48,370 nt of DNA from Desulfonema limicola (GTDB lineage: Bacteria; Desulfobacterota; Desulfobacteria; Desulfobacterales; RPRI01): contig DYJH01000001.1 of NCBI GenBank assembly GCA_020723255.1, forward strand, positions 14,201-62,570, written 5' to 3'. The translations under genes and the position numbers were made by a program. Below, in pieces: positions 9,522-20,146 of the stretch. Under the pieces are notes generated by a model that had not been told where the DNA came from, ran no database searches, and saw nothing but the letters and a program-made list of their open reading frames with translations. How positions within the stretch are numbered: position 1 is the first letter of the stretch; the number at the start of each line of letters is the position of its first letter.

Positions 9522-10592
9522 ATGGCGGAAGAGTCATCAGAAGAAAAAACCGAGAAGCCGACTCCAAAAAAAAGAGAGGATATAAGGAAAAAAGGAGAGG
9601 TGGCTAAAAGCAGAGAGCTTTCTTCTGTTTTCGTTCTTTTTTCCGGCCTGCTTGTTCTGGGATTATTTGGTTCTTTTATGTTTTCGAAAACTCAGGAAGT
9701 AATGCAAACGATATTATCGAATCCAACTATAAACGACCAGACCGTTTATGGTGTTATGAAATTTTCCAAACACTTTATTCTTTCGTTTATTGTTATAATC
9801 GGCCCTCTTCTATTTGCAGTATTTATCGGGGCTGTTTTGTCCAATATAATGCAGGTCGGTTTTATGCTGTCCGGAGAATTGATTAAACCGAAGCTTTCAA
9901 AATTAAATCCTTTAAAGGGATTAAAAAGATTGGTTTCCATGCAGTCATTGATGGAGCTGGTCAAATCAATATTGAAGCTTATTCTTGTAGGGGCAACGGC
10001 TTATTTAACCATAAAGCATGAGATGGATAATGTATCCATGCTTGGTGAGCTTGAACTCGGATCTATATTTTACTATATTTTTGCCACCTTTTACAAAATA
10101 TTTATAAGATGTTCTATTGCAATGGCCGTTCTTGCCGGTATTGATTATGGATTCCAGAGATGGGAATTTGAAAAAAGGATAAGAATGACAAAGCAGGAAA
10201 TCAAAGATGAATTTAAAAAAACTGAGGGAGATCCGCTGATCAAATCAAGAATAAAGAGCATTCAGATGGAAATGGCCAGAAAAAGGATGATGCAGGCGGT
10301 TCCGCAGGCAGACGTAGTCGTTACGAACCCTACTCATATTGCAGTTGCCCTCAAGTATGACAGCATTAAAATGAATGCCCCCAAAGTTGTAGCAAAGGGC
10401 GCCGGTGAAATTGCCGAGCGGATAAAAAGTCTTGCTGCAAAACATAATGTTCCCGTTATTGAAAACAAGGAGCTTGCAAGGAATTTGTATAAACTTGTTG
10501 AAATCGGCCGCGAAATTCCGGCAAATCTTTATCAGGCGGTCGCCGGGGTTCTGGCATACATATATAAATTGAAAGGCAACTATAACCGTTAG
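9522..10592 (+). CDS. flhB: Flagellar export switch protein FlhB
   Basis: EKTEKPTPKK, EGDPLIK, NPTH autocleavage motif. Confidence 0.97.
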   Translation: MAEESSEEKTEKPTPKKREDIRKKGEVAKSRELSSVFVLFSGLLVLGLFGSFMFSKTQEVMQTILSNPTINDQTVYGVMKFSKHFILSFIVIIGPLLFAVFIGAVLSNIMQVGFMLSGELIKPKLSKLNPLKGLKRLVSMQSLMELVKSILKLILVGATAYLTIKHEMDNVSMLGELELGSIFYYIFATFYKIFIRCSIAMAVLAGIDYGFQRWEFEKRIRMTKQEIKDEFKKTEGDPLIKSRIKSIQMEMARKRMMQAVPQADVVVTNPTHIAVALKYDSIKMNAPKVVAKGAGEIAERIKSLAAKHNVPVIENKELARNLYKLVEIGREIPANLYQAVAGVLAYIYKLKGNYNR

Positions 10593-10626
10593 TTTGTATT
10601 TGAATTTAAGCTTGTGGAGTGAATAA

Positions 10627-12714
10627 ATGGAAGAAGTTATTAGGATAAAACCCGGTGCGGCATCAAGCAGTGAAATATTGACCGCTGCAGGCGTAATAGC
10701 AATCCTTCTGGTAATGATTATTCCTGTGCCGCCGATTCTTCTTGATTTCCTTTTGGCAATAAACATTACTCTTTCCGTAACTATACTGCTTATCTCCATG
10801 TTTACTTTAACACCCCTGGATTTTTCAATTTTTCCGACTCTGCTTCTGCTTACAACTCTTTTCAGGCTGTCATTAAATGTAGCATCAACCCGTTTGGTGC
10901 TTCTGCATGGAAATGAAGGCACGCATGCCGCCGGTAAAGTCATTATGTCGTTTGGGAATTTTGTTGTCGGAGGAAATTATGTGGTCGGTATGATTGTATT
11001 TGTGATACTTGTCATAGTAAATTTTATTGTAATCACGAAAGGCGCATCAAGAATTGCAGAAGTGGCAGCAAGGTTTACGCTTGATGCAATGCCCGGCAAG
11101 CAGATGAGCATAGACGCTGATCTGAATGCAGGAATGATAGATGAAAAAGAGGCAAGAAAGCGAAGAACTGTAGTTGCCAGAGAAGCCGAATTTCATGGAG
11201 CGATGGACGGCGCAGCTAAATTTGTCAGAGGAGACGCTATCGCAGGGATTATAATAACATTAATCAATATCATCGGCGGATTTATTATCGGTGTGATTCA
11301 AAAACAAATGGCCATAATAGATGCCGCTCAAAATTACACGCTTTTGACAGTTGGCGATGGCCTCGTATCACAAATTCCTGCTCTGCTTATATCGACAGCA
11401 GCTGGCATAGTGCTTAGCAGATCCGGATCAAATGATACAATGGGAAAAGAATTCGGAAAGCAGTTTTTCGGTTATCACAAAGCGCTTTATCTGTCTGCTG
11501 CTATAATATTTCTATTCGGGCTCATACCCGGATTGCCCCATTTTTCTTTCATTATACTTTCTCTTTTTATCGGAGGTTCCGTTTATTTATTAAGAAAAAA
11601 AGCAGAAGTGTCCCATGAAGAAGAAGCAATGGAGAAAAGTAAAGAAGAAGCTCAAGCCGGTCCGGAAGTGGTTGAACATTTGCTTCTTGTTGATGTGCTT
11701 GAACTGGAGGTCGGATACGGCCTTATTGCACTTGTTGATAAAGAACAAGGCGGTGAGTTTCTTGATAAAGTCCGTTCTATTCGCAGGCAATTTGCCGTTG
11801 AACTAGGAGTTGTAATTCCGCCTATTCATATTAGGGACAATCTTCAGCTTAAATCATCTGAATACAGGATTCTTCTGAAAGGAGTAGGGATCGCCGGATC
11901 AGATTTGATGGTAAACCATTATCTTGCAATGGATCCTGGTGATGCTACAAGAAAAATTGAAGGAATCGAAACTTATGAACCTTCCTTTAACCTGCCGGCT
12001 GTCTGGGTGCCAAAAACGCAAAAAGAAGATGCAAAATTAGCAGGTTATACTGTTGTTGACAACGTAACAGTAATGGCGACTCATTTAACCGAGGTGCTCA
12101 GAAAGCATGCCTGGGAACTATTAGGACGGCAGGAAGCACAAAATCTTTTAAATAATTTGAGCAAATCATATCCTAAGGTTGTGGAAGAGCTGGTTCCGAA
12201 TCTTCTCACACTCGGCGGGGTTCAGAAAGTATTGCAAAATCTACTTAAGGAACAAGTAGCAATAAAAGATATGCTGACTATTGTGGAAACCCTTGCAGAC
12301 TATGCTCCTCTTACTAAAGATCCGGAGCTGTTAACGGAATATGTCAGGCACAAAATAGCTCGATCTATAATTGGCCCATATCTGGATGAGAACGGATGTT
12401 TGAATCTTATAACCATGTCTCATGATATTGAAAATATACTTCTTAAAAATATCCAAAAGACGGAACATGGAGCATATCTTGCGTTAGATCCGAATACTGC
12501 CGATAAGCTTTTGGATTCGATCAAAGAAGAATCTGAAAAAGCGATGATTCACAATATGCAGCCGGTACTATTGACAACTCCCACCTTGCGCAGGCATCTG
12601 AAAAAAATGGTGGAATATTTTGTACCTTCATTAAAGGTGTTTTCACATAGTGAACTGTTAAGCGATATGAAATTTACTTCAATTGGAGAGGTAAGGATAA
12701 ACAGTGCAAATTAG
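10627..12714 (+). CDS. flhA: Flagellar export protein FlhA
   Basis: RIAEVAARFTLDAMPGKQMSIDADL, GAMDGAAKFVRGDA. Confidence 0.98.
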   Translation: MEEVIRIKPGAASSSEILTAAGVIAILLVMIIPVPPILLDFLLAINITLSVTILLISMFTLTPLDFSIFPTLLLLTTLFRLSLNVASTRLVLLHGNEGTHAAGKVIMSFGNFVVGGNYVVGMIVFVILVIVNFIVITKGASRIAEVAARFTLDAMPGKQMSIDADLNAGMIDEKEARKRRTVVAREAEFHGAMDGAAKFVRGDAIAGIIITLINIIGGFIIGVIQKQMAIIDAAQNYTLLTVGDGLVSQIPALLISTAAGIVLSRSGSNDTMGKEFGKQFFGYHKALYLSAAIIFLFGLIPGLPHFSFIILSLFIGGSVYLLRKKAEVSHEEEAMEKSKEEAQAGPEVVEHLLLVDVLELEVGYGLIALVDKEQGGEFLDKVRSIRRQFAVELGVVIPPIHIRDNLQLKSSEYRILLKGVGIAGSDLMVNHYLAMDPGDATRKIEGIETYEPSFNLPAVWVPKTQKEDAKLAGYTVVDNVTVMATHLTEVLRKHAWELLGRQEAQNLLNNLSKSYPKVVEELVPNLLTLGGVQKVLQNLLKEQVAIKDMLTIVETLADYAPLTKDPELLTEYVRHKIARSIIGPYLDENGCLNLITMSHDIENILLKNIQKTEHGAYLALDPNTADKLLDSIKEESEKAMIHNMQPVLLTTPTLRRHLKKMVEYFVPSLKVFSHSELLSDMKFTSIGEVRINSAN

Positions 12715-13759
12715 CAAGTATAAAGCAAAGACGATCAGCGATGCCATATCAATGGTAAAGAACGAACTGGGCCAGGACGCCATAATTTTATCTTCCAGAA
12801 AAATTAAAGAAGGCGCCAACGGACACCTTTTTGAAATATCTGCGATATCCTCCGGCGCAGATATTATTAATAACTCTTCGGGTCAATACGAAGATGTTAA
12901 ATCCGAGCTTATGAACATTAAGGAAATGATTTATATTCTTAATCATTCCGAAGGTATTACAGACAGATTAATCATGAAACCTGAAACATTATCTATTTAT
13001 GCCAAACTACTCAGGAATGGCTTTAATGAACATTATGCGAGGGCTTTTCTTGAGAAAGGCGGGGCTTTTAGCAATGGTTCTTCGAATAATTTAAAAAAAA
13101 TTAGAACAGAAACAATAAAGGCCATAACGGAAATAATCGGGATTTACAAACCTTTCGAAAATACAAACGGCGTACAGACTGTTACTGCTATGATAGGCAC
13201 TACCGGCGTAGGTAAAACTACAACTATCGCAAAACTTGCTGCGCAGCTTGTACTGAAAAGCAAAAAAAAAGTCGGCTTAATTTCTGTTGATAGTTATCGA
13301 ATCGGAGCTATTGAACAGCTTAAGACTTATGCAAATATTTTGGGGATTCCCTGCTTTCCGGCATTTAATAGAAAAGATCTGATAGCAGCGATTAAAAGGC
13401 TGAAAAATATGGATGTAGTTATAATTGATACTGCCGGACAGAGTCAATACGATGAAAAAAGAATTGAGGAATTAAAAAATATAATGACAGAGGATTTAAA
13501 AATACATTCTCATCTACTCCTGAATGCGGCAACTTCGGAAGAAGAAATGAACAAAACGGCAATCAATTTCAGCCCGCTTAAATTCAAGAGCTATATTTTT
13601 ACAAAGCTTGATGAATCCGAAAAATACGGATCTATTATAAATCAATTAATGAAAAAACAGCTTCCAATATCATATCTGACAACCGGGCAGAATGTCCCTG
13701 ATGACATTGAGGAAGCTTCAAAAAACAAAATAGCAAAGTTGTTGTTAAACAAAAATTAA
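12704..13759 (+). CDS. flhF: SRP-family GTPase FlhF
   Basis: GVGKTTTIAKLAA, DSYRIGA, DTAG, TKLDE, TTGQNVPDD; GTG start. Confidence 0.95.
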   Translation: MQISKYKAKTISDAISMVKNELGQDAIILSSRKIKEGANGHLFEISAISSGADIINNSSGQYEDVKSELMNIKEMIYILNHSEGITDRLIMKPETLSIYAKLLRNGFNEHYARAFLEKGGAFSNGSSNNLKKIRTETIKAITEIIGIYKPFENTNGVQTVTAMIGTTGVGKTTTIAKLAAQLVLKSKKKVGLISVDSYRIGAIEQLKTYANILGIPCFPAFNRKDLIAAIKRLKNMDVVIIDTAGQSQYDEKRIEELKNIMTEDLKIHSHLLLNAATSEEEMNKTAINFSPLKFKSYIFTKLDESEKYGSIINQLMKKQLPISYLTTGQNVPDDIEEASKNKIAKLLLNKN

Positions 13760-13774
13760 CTGGAGCATATTGCA

Positions 13775-14701
13775 ATGGATCAGGCGACAAATTTGAGACA
13801 AATGGTAGAATTTGAATCTCAAAACACTTACAAGCAGAACAAAAACAGAACAGTTGAATCGGGCATAAAAGCCAAAGGTCCCAGGGTTATTGCTGTAGCA
13901 AGCGGAAAAGGCGGCGTGGGCAAAACGAATATAGTCGTTAATCTTGCCATTGCATGCCGGCGAGCCGGAAATCGCGTTTTGATCTTTGACGCCGATCTTG
14001 GGTTGGCGAATATTGATATTATATTCGGTCTGAACCCAAAGTATAATATTGAAAATATTATAAACGGAGAGAAGGATCTCTCTCAGATTATTGTAAAAGG
14101 TCCGGAAGGAGTTGATATCATACCTGCAAGTTCGGGAGTTCAGGAACTAACTCAGCTTACCGAAGGCCAGAAGTTGAATCTGTTGAATGAATTTGACATG
14201 CTGGACCGTATGTATGATTTGCTTCTTGTTGATACGGGTGCAGGTGTATCTTCCAATGTTATATACTTTAACCTGGCTGCAGAAGAAAGGATGATTGTAG
14301 TAACTCCTGAACCCACATCCGTAACTGATGCATACGCATTCATAAAAATTTTATATTTTAAGCACGGAATAAAAAACTTTTATCTTTTGCTTAACATGGT
14401 TAATGATGAAAAGGAAGCAAAATCGGTTTATGGAAAATTTACAAAAGTTGTGAACAGATTTATGAACGGAATTTCTATTGATTATGCCGGTTTTATACCT
14501 CGCGACAATTATTTGATGGAAGCTGTTGCCCGCAGAAAACCGGTTATGTGCGCATATCCGGAAGCCGCCTCTTGCAATAGCTTTATTTTATTGGCTGATT
14601 ATCTGTCAAAAAAAGGAAAAAATCCGCAGATTGACGGTAATATTAAATTTTTCTGGAAAAGATTGATAGCCGGAGAAACTGATGTTGACAATAAGCGCTG
14701 A
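13775..14701 (+). CDS. flhG: MinD-like ATPase FlhG/FleN
   Basis: MDQA N-terminus, SGKGGVGKT, DADLGLAN, DTGAG. Confidence 0.95.
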   Translation: MDQATNLRQMVEFESQNTYKQNKNRTVESGIKAKGPRVIAVASGKGGVGKTNIVVNLAIACRRAGNRVLIFDADLGLANIDIIFGLNPKYNIENIINGEKDLSQIIVKGPEGVDIIPASSGVQELTQLTEGQKLNLLNEFDMLDRMYDLLLVDTGAGVSSNVIYFNLAAEERMIVVTPEPTSVTDAYAFIKILYFKHGIKNFYLLLNMVNDEKEAKSVYGKFTKVVNRFMNGISIDYAGFIPRDNYLMEAVARRKPVMCAYPEAASCNSFILLADYLSKKGKNPQIDGNIKFFWKRLIAGETDVDNKR

Positions 14702-15449
14702 AATAAATCGATATGTTGAAACTTCTCAACTTAACTTTGAAGAAGAAAAGAAAAGTTACAGAGAAGAACTTATCATGAAATATGCTCCGCTTGTAAAGTA
14801 CATTTCAGACAGGCTGGCAATCAGAATGCCGCCGCATATCTCAAGGGATGACTTAAATAGCGCCGGAATTATCGGGCTGTTTGATGCGATCGATAATTTT
14901 GATTCAAGCAGAGGAATTAAGTTTGAGACTTATGCATCATACAGGATAAGGGGCGCTATTATAGATGAGATGAGGAAGCTGGATTGGATCCCAAGATCGG
15001 TCAGAAAAGAAATTCAGAAAATTGAAGCCGCTATAACATCTGTTCAGGCCAGGCTTGGCCGGGCTCCGGAGGATGAAGAGATTGCGCAGGAAATGGGAGC
15101 AAGTCTTGAAGAATATTATAAAATAATAGACAGAACATATAATGTAAAACTATTAAGCCTTGACGAACCTGCTTTTGGCTCATCAAATACTACTGTCAAT
15201 AAAATAGAATCAGGCAATCCGTCACCTTTTGAAAAAATCAAAAAAAGCGAACTTGAAAAAGTAATTGCAAGCGCTTTGGCCCATCTGCCCGAAAAAGTAC
15301 AAACGGTTATTTCACTTTATTATTTTGACGAGATGACTTTAAAGGAAATTGCAGAAATAATGGGATTGACTGAATCACGGATATCACAAATACACTCCAA
15401 AGCTATCATCATATTAAGGACGAAATTGAAAGCTTATATTGAAGGTTGA
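14682..15449 (+). CDS. fliA: RNA polymerase sigma-28 factor FliA
   Basis: FETYASYRIRGAIIDEMR..DWIPRS and TESRISQIHSKA. Confidence 0.96.
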   Translation: MLTISAEINRYVETSQLNFEEEKKSYREELIMKYAPLVKYISDRLAIRMPPHISRDDLNSAGIIGLFDAIDNFDSSRGIKFETYASYRIRGAIIDEMRKLDWIPRSVRKEIQKIEAAITSVQARLGRAPEDEEIAQEMGASLEEYYKIIDRTYNVKLLSLDEPAFGSSNTTVNKIESGNPSPFEKIKKSELEKVIASALAHLPEKVQTVISLYYFDEMTLKEIAEIMGLTESRISQIHSKAIIILRTKLKAYIEG

Positions 15450-15451
15450 GC

Positions 15452-16132
15452 ATGGATTTGAATAAAACTGATAATGACGATGAGCAATTTTCCGGAAATG
15501 AACTTGACGAACCTGGAGCCGGTGTTCAATTTTCCGGGAATGAGCTCAACGACACGGGCGGCAATGACAATTTGGCAGAAAAGGCGCCTCTCAAGCCGGA
15601 TTCTGCGACAAAAAAATCGCTAAAAGACGATTCATCCAAAGGCCGTGATGATACGAATCCGGCTGATGAAACCGGTGTTTTCGTCGGCAAAAAGAAAAAC
15701 TTGATTGTTTATAAAATATCCGCTGTGGCGATTCTGGTATTTCTTATAATATCGGCTGTATATTTTTTTTTCTTAAGAAAACCAGAAACAAAAAACAATT
15801 TGATAAGCACAGAAAACAAATCTGCTGCTGTGGAAAAAAAGGCATTAGTATTTGAAACATATATAGTTCATTTTGAAAATAACAAATACTATAGCTACAT
15901 GCTGGTTGATGTTTCTTTCGATATTTCAGAAAGAAAATTAAGTATGGAAATAACAGAAAAACAATACATGCTTAGAAAAATAATATACGACATACTGTTA
16001 AAAGAGATTAAAGATGCGGAATCGATTCCGCAAGCAGCAGATATAAAAAAATACATCAAAACCGGAATCAATGAGGCGCTTGAAAATGGAAAGATTCAAG
16101 AGGTATTTATTACTAAATATAATGCCGTATGA
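15452..16132 (+). CDS. Divergent FliL-like membrane protein
   Basis: Acidic disordered N-terminus, one TM, C-terminal pattern LRKIIYDIL..IKTGINEAL..IQEVFITKY resembling FliL. Confidence 0.6.
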   Translation: MDLNKTDNDDEQFSGNELDEPGAGVQFSGNELNDTGGNDNLAEKAPLKPDSATKKSLKDDSSKGRDDTNPADETGVFVGKKKNLIVYKISAVAILVFLIISAVYFFFLRKPETKNNLISTENKSAAVEKKALVFETYIVHFENNKYYSYMLVDVSFDISERKLSMEITEKQYMLRKIIYDILLKEIKDAESIPQAADIKKYIKTGINEALENGKIQEVFITKYNAV

Positions 16133-16169
16133 CTGATGTTACAAAATTATTAACGGATGAAGCAAATAA

Positions 16170-16475
16170 ATGAGCAGCACTTCAAATATTAATATGGTTT
16201 TAAGCCAGGGATCTGCAATCAAGGAAATACACAACGTCAGAAAGCAGAGCCTGGAATTGAATCAGCAGTATGTTGCCCAGCATGCTGAAATCAGAAAGAA
16301 AGAACACAAAGGGAAGGTTCTTGAATCAAATGCCGGCAGTCATGTGGAAATCCGCGATGAAAACGAAAAAAATAAAATGAAAAAACAAGATCAGAAAGAA
16401 AATAATCCTTCTGAAGATACAACTGATAACGAATCAAAGCCTTCGGATGAACATATTATAGATATTACGGTGTAA
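16170..16475 (+). CDS. Hypothetical protein of the flagellar cluster (C-terminal IDITV)
   Basis: In-operon charged ORF ending in an IDxxV motif. Confidence 0.7.
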   Translation: MSSTSNINMVLSQGSAIKEIHNVRKQSLELNQQYVAQHAEIRKKEHKGKVLESNAGSHVEIRDENEKNKMKKQDQKENNPSEDTTDNESKPSDEHIIDITV

Positions 16476-16477
16476 AT

Positions 16478-16969
16478 ATGGCAATGCATGACGTCAAATA
16501 TCTTATTATATCATTGATCACTATTGATATATTCATGGTTGTTGCTTGTGTATATATTATCAGAAAAATAAGATTGATCCAAAATATTAAAAGTCTCGAA
16601 GATAGGATTAATATTTTTAAATCCTTGCTGAATGATGCAGACCGGGTCAGTGGAAGTTTCAGCGAGCAGATCAAGACAAAATATAATATTATCAAAAAGT
16701 TAAATTCACAGCTTGACAGAAGGATAGATAATATTAACGTGCTGTTGAACAGAGCAGATATGATTCTCTCTTACAATCAAAAAAAAGGCGATCAGGCTGA
16801 TCGGAGTGCAATGCCGATTTCTATTAAGCAAAAAGAAATAGCCAAGCTTGATAGCAAAGGTTGTAATCTGGAAGAAATTGCAGAAAAGCTTTTGATTCCA
16901 AAAGGAGAAGTTAAACTAATTCTTGATTTAAACAAAAAAACAACCGGGGTTAAGAATCAAAAAAATTGA
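16478..16969 (+). CDS. TM, coiled-coil and C-terminal HTH-like protein (DUF6115/DUF2802-like)
   Basis: N-terminal TM; C-terminal EEIAEKLLIPKGEVKLILDL. Confidence 0.7.
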   Translation: MAMHDVKYLIISLITIDIFMVVACVYIIRKIRLIQNIKSLEDRINIFKSLLNDADRVSGSFSEQIKTKYNIIKKLNSQLDRRIDNINVLLNRADMILSYNQKKGDQADRSAMPISIKQKEIAKLDSKGCNLEEIAEKLLIPKGEVKLILDLNKKTTGVKNQKN

Positions 16970-17027
16970 ACAACGAATAACTCAAATTGGTGCATAATGT
17001 CAGTTATTCTGGATTTGAGATTTAAGC

Positions 17028-18104
17028 ATGATCGAAATTAATAGCCTGCTGAATAACAGAATTATGACTATTGATTCGGATCTTAAGACTTCAGCAAGCC
17101 ATATTAAGTTTTCCGAAAATGAAATAGTTGAAGGAAGAGTTCTTAAAATTCTTAATTCTGAAACTGCAATTATCAATATTAAGGGCCTGAATTGCAGCGC
17201 GAAGACACTATTTCCGCTGGAAACCGGAACAAATATGGCTTTTAAAGTTGAAAGATTAACGCCGGTTCCGGTTCTTAGGTTGCTTGGCATCCAATTTGTA
17301 AATCCTGAAGCTGTAAATATTTCAGTAATACTGTCTGCTATAAAAGATAATTTATGGAAATCCGTATTTGAAAAAATTATTACTGTCAAAGATTCAATTC
17401 CCGAAAAAATATCTTATAAGCAATATGCAGAAAATTTGCCTAAAAAATTGTTGGAATCCGGTAACTATGAATTTTTAAAAGAAATTATATCCCGTTCCGG
17501 GTTGTTTTTGGAGGCAAAACTGAAATCTGCTTTAGAGCAAAAGCATTCATCAGCTGAAGAAATCAAACAACTCATAAACAGTGATGTAAAAGGGTTGCTT
17601 TCAGGCTTGATTTCAAAAACCGATAATGAAGAGGCCAGACAACTATTATCTGTAATTAATAACCTGCAGATTCTGGATTTGAATGGGTTTGAGCAGGAGA
17701 GGAAATTATTTATCCCCCTGCCTATTCTATCGCCTGACGGTCATTTTTGTATTGCTCAATTGCTGTTTCAATTGCCAACAGTGCCTAAGGATGCTTCTGA
17801 AGGATCAGCAAAAGAAGGTTGCCAGTTGAAAATATCATTATCGATTGAATTGTCAAACCTTGGCCCGATTCGGGCAGATTTTACCCTGAAAGGGAAAATG
17901 GTTTATGGAATATTCAGCGCCGCCATTCCTGACACAGTAGAGATATTGGAAAACGGCATTGAATCTTTTATTAATAATCTTGCAGATAAAGGATTTTCCA
18001 TACAGCATATTGAATGCCGGCTTAAAGATCCCGAAACTGTCTCTGAACCTCTTTTATTGGATATGATTCAGGCAACAGAAAACAATATCAACCTGGTAGT
18101 ATAA
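17028..18104 (+). CDS. FliK-like C-terminal domain protein
   Basis: SGLFLEAKL and IELSNLGPIRADF motifs; adjacent to a stand-alone FlhB-domain gene. Confidence 0.7.
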   Translation: MIEINSLLNNRIMTIDSDLKTSASHIKFSENEIVEGRVLKILNSETAIINIKGLNCSAKTLFPLETGTNMAFKVERLTPVPVLRLLGIQFVNPEAVNISVILSAIKDNLWKSVFEKIITVKDSIPEKISYKQYAENLPKKLLESGNYEFLKEIISRSGLFLEAKLKSALEQKHSSAEEIKQLINSDVKGLLSGLISKTDNEEARQLLSVINNLQILDLNGFEQERKLFIPLPILSPDGHFCIAQLLFQLPTVPKDASEGSAKEGCQLKISLSIELSNLGPIRADFTLKGKMVYGIFSAAIPDTVEILENGIESFINNLADKGFSIQHIECRLKDPETVSEPLLLDMIQATENNINLVV

Positions 18105-18119
18105 AAGGCGTAATGGCAT

Positions 18120-18398
18120 ATGGCCTCAGAAAAAAGAACCGATAAGGCAGTAGCATTAAGATATACTCCAGGGCGTGAGCAAGCTCCGCGTGTTATGGCA
18201 GCAGGCAAGGGAAAACTTGCGGAAAAAATTATTCAGATTGCAAAAGAACATAATATACATATTCACAATGACCCTGATCTTGTTGAAATGTTATCTCAAC
18301 TTCAACCGGACCAAGAGATTCCGCCTGAACTGTATAAGGTTGTTGCTGAAATACTGGTTTTTGTCTATTCCTTAAACGGCAAAAAAATGTCCAGGTAG
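18120..18398 (+). CDS. Stand-alone FlhB cytoplasmic-domain protein (FlhX/YlqH-like)
   Basis: AVALRY..APRVMAAGKG..IPPELYKVVAEIL. Confidence 0.9.
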   Translation: MASEKRTDKAVALRYTPGREQAPRVMAAGKGKLAEKIIQIAKEHNIHIHNDPDLVEMLSQLQPDQEIPPELYKVVAEILVFVYSLNGKKMSR

Positions 18399-18497
18399 GA
18401 AAAATATTCCATCTAAATTTTTAAAACCAACCCTCTCTCAAACGAAAGCAGCTATAGAAGCAGCCGCATTTGGATTTAATATGTTATTATATGAAAC

Positions 18498-18513
18498 TGG
18501 CACTAATATTGCT
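18498..18513 (+). promoter_or_regulatory. Sigma54 promoter of the flgF operon
   Basis: TGGCACTAATATTGCT, GG-N10-GC. Confidence 0.82.
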
Positions 18514-18608
18514 TATACTTTATTTAAATTCTTTTTAAATTATCACAAAACGCCATAAAGCCCAATCCAGGCTTTATACTAAGAGAATAAGTGGAATTGA
18601 GGCAAAAA

Positions 18609-19289
18609 ATGATATCAAGTAATTATAGTTTGTCTGAAGGTTCTCGAGTACAGCTACTCAGATTTGATGTGCTTTCAAATAACCTTGCTAATGTTAACAC
18701 AAACGCTTTTAAACAAGACATGGTATCTTTTGACGAAAATCTTTCTATGAACAAAATAACCACTGATTTTTCTTCGGGCCCGATTGTTTATACCGGCAAT
18801 ATGTTTGATGTTGCACTTGAAAGTTCAGGATTCTTTAAGATCCAGACATCTACCGGAATTAAATATTCAAGAGATGGGGCGTTCAGCCTTAACGGAGAGG
18901 GCATGCTGATCAATCGAAACGGTGACAAGGTAATGGGAAAAAACGGGCCGATTACTTTATCCGGCCAGAATATCATTATCGGGGTTGACGGACAAATAAT
19001 CGCGGACGGCAGCCCCATTGATAAAATATTTGTAGCAGATATCAAAGATCTGAAACAACTTAAAAAAGAGGGATTGAATTACTATGTTATTAAAGGAGAT
19101 GCTAATAATATATCAAGCGCTGAAAAAGTTAGCATTAAGCAAGCTCACATAGAAAAATCCAATGTGAATATAACTGAAGAGATGGTCAGGATGATTGATA
19201 CCTTCAGAACGTATGAGTCTATTCAAAGGGCGGTTCAGAATACAGACGAGACAACAGGTAAAATGGTCAACGATCCTGAGCTGCTTTAA
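18609..19289 (+). CDS. flgF: Basal-body rod protein FlgF
   Basis: SNNLANVNT, YSRDGAF, EKSNVN; precedes flgG. ATG 18609 follows GAGG. Confidence 0.9.
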   Translation: MISSNYSLSEGSRVQLLRFDVLSNNLANVNTNAFKQDMVSFDENLSMNKITTDFSSGPIVYTGNMFDVALESSGFFKIQTSTGIKYSRDGAFSLNGEGMLINRNGDKVMGKNGPITLSGQNIIIGVDGQIIADGSPIDKIFVADIKDLKQLKKEGLNYYVIKGDANNISSAEKVSIKQAHIEKSNVNITEEMVRMIDTFRTYESIQRAVQNTDETTGKMVNDPELL

Positions 19290-19359
19290 TCTCTGGAGAC
19301 TCGCAAAAAGCCTTTTTTGGGCTTATTAACAAGACATCTTAATTAAACAGGAGATATTT

Positions 19360-20142
19360 ATGCTAAGAGGAATGTGGTCAGCCGCATCCGGAATGGATGC
19401 ACAGAAAATGTTGATTGATGTAATTGCTAATAATCTGGCTAATGTTAATACAGTAGGTTTCAAGAAGAGCAGACCTGATTTTCAGGATCTTATGTATCAG
19501 ACCATAACACAAGGCGGTTCCATAACTTCTTCAGGAGACCAGGTTCCGACAGGCATACAGGTTGGTATGGGAACGATGCCTGTTAGTGTTCAAAAAATGT
19601 TCTTGCAGGGAGATTTCAAGGAAACTAGAAATGAGCTTGATATGGCCATAGAAGGGAAAGGATTTTTCAAAGTTATAAGTAATGATGAAGAACTTTATAC
19701 CCGGGCGGGTAACTTCAAAATAGATAAAGATGGAAATATATGTACGCCTAACGGCGATAAATTACAACCTGCGATGGCAATCCCGGCGGATACGGCAACA
19801 ATCCATATAGATAAAACCGGAACAGTAACCGCTTTCGGCCCTTCAGGACAGGGATCTGCAATCGGGGTGATTGAGTTATACTCTTTCGCTAATCCAGCGG
19901 GTCTTTTCAGTATAGGGCACAATCTATACAGAACTACCGATGCTTCCGGTGAAGCTGTTGCAGGCATGCCCGGTTCAAATGGAATAGGTACAATTACACA
20001 AGGATTTGTTGAAATGTCAAATGTTGATGTGGTCGAAGAGATGGTAGCTATGATTATGGCACAGAGGGCTTACGAAGTTTCCAGCAAGTCGATTCAAACT
20101 GCGGATAATATGCTGCAGTTGGCAAATAACATCAAGAGGTAA
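19360..20142 (+). CDS. flgG: Distal rod protein FlgG
   Basis: ANNLANVNTVGFKK, FQDLMYQ, EMSNVDVVEEMV. Confidence 0.97.
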   Translation: MLRGMWSAASGMDAQKMLIDVIANNLANVNTVGFKKSRPDFQDLMYQTITQGGSITSSGDQVPTGIQVGMGTMPVSVQKMFLQGDFKETRNELDMAIEGKGFFKVISNDEELYTRAGNFKIDKDGNICTPNGDKLQPAMAIPADTATIHIDKTGTVTAFGPSGQGSAIGVIELYSFANPAGLFSIGHNLYRTTDASGEAVAGMPGSNGIGTITQGFVEMSNVDVVEEMVAMIMAQRAYEVSSKSIQTADNMLQLANNIKR

Positions 20143-20146
20143 AATA

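Noticed and set aside
10245-10943. Long antisense ORFs (10245-10943, 39957-40655 and similar)
   Set aside because: They lie opposite well-supported genes and have no recognisable motifs; treated as shadow ORFs.
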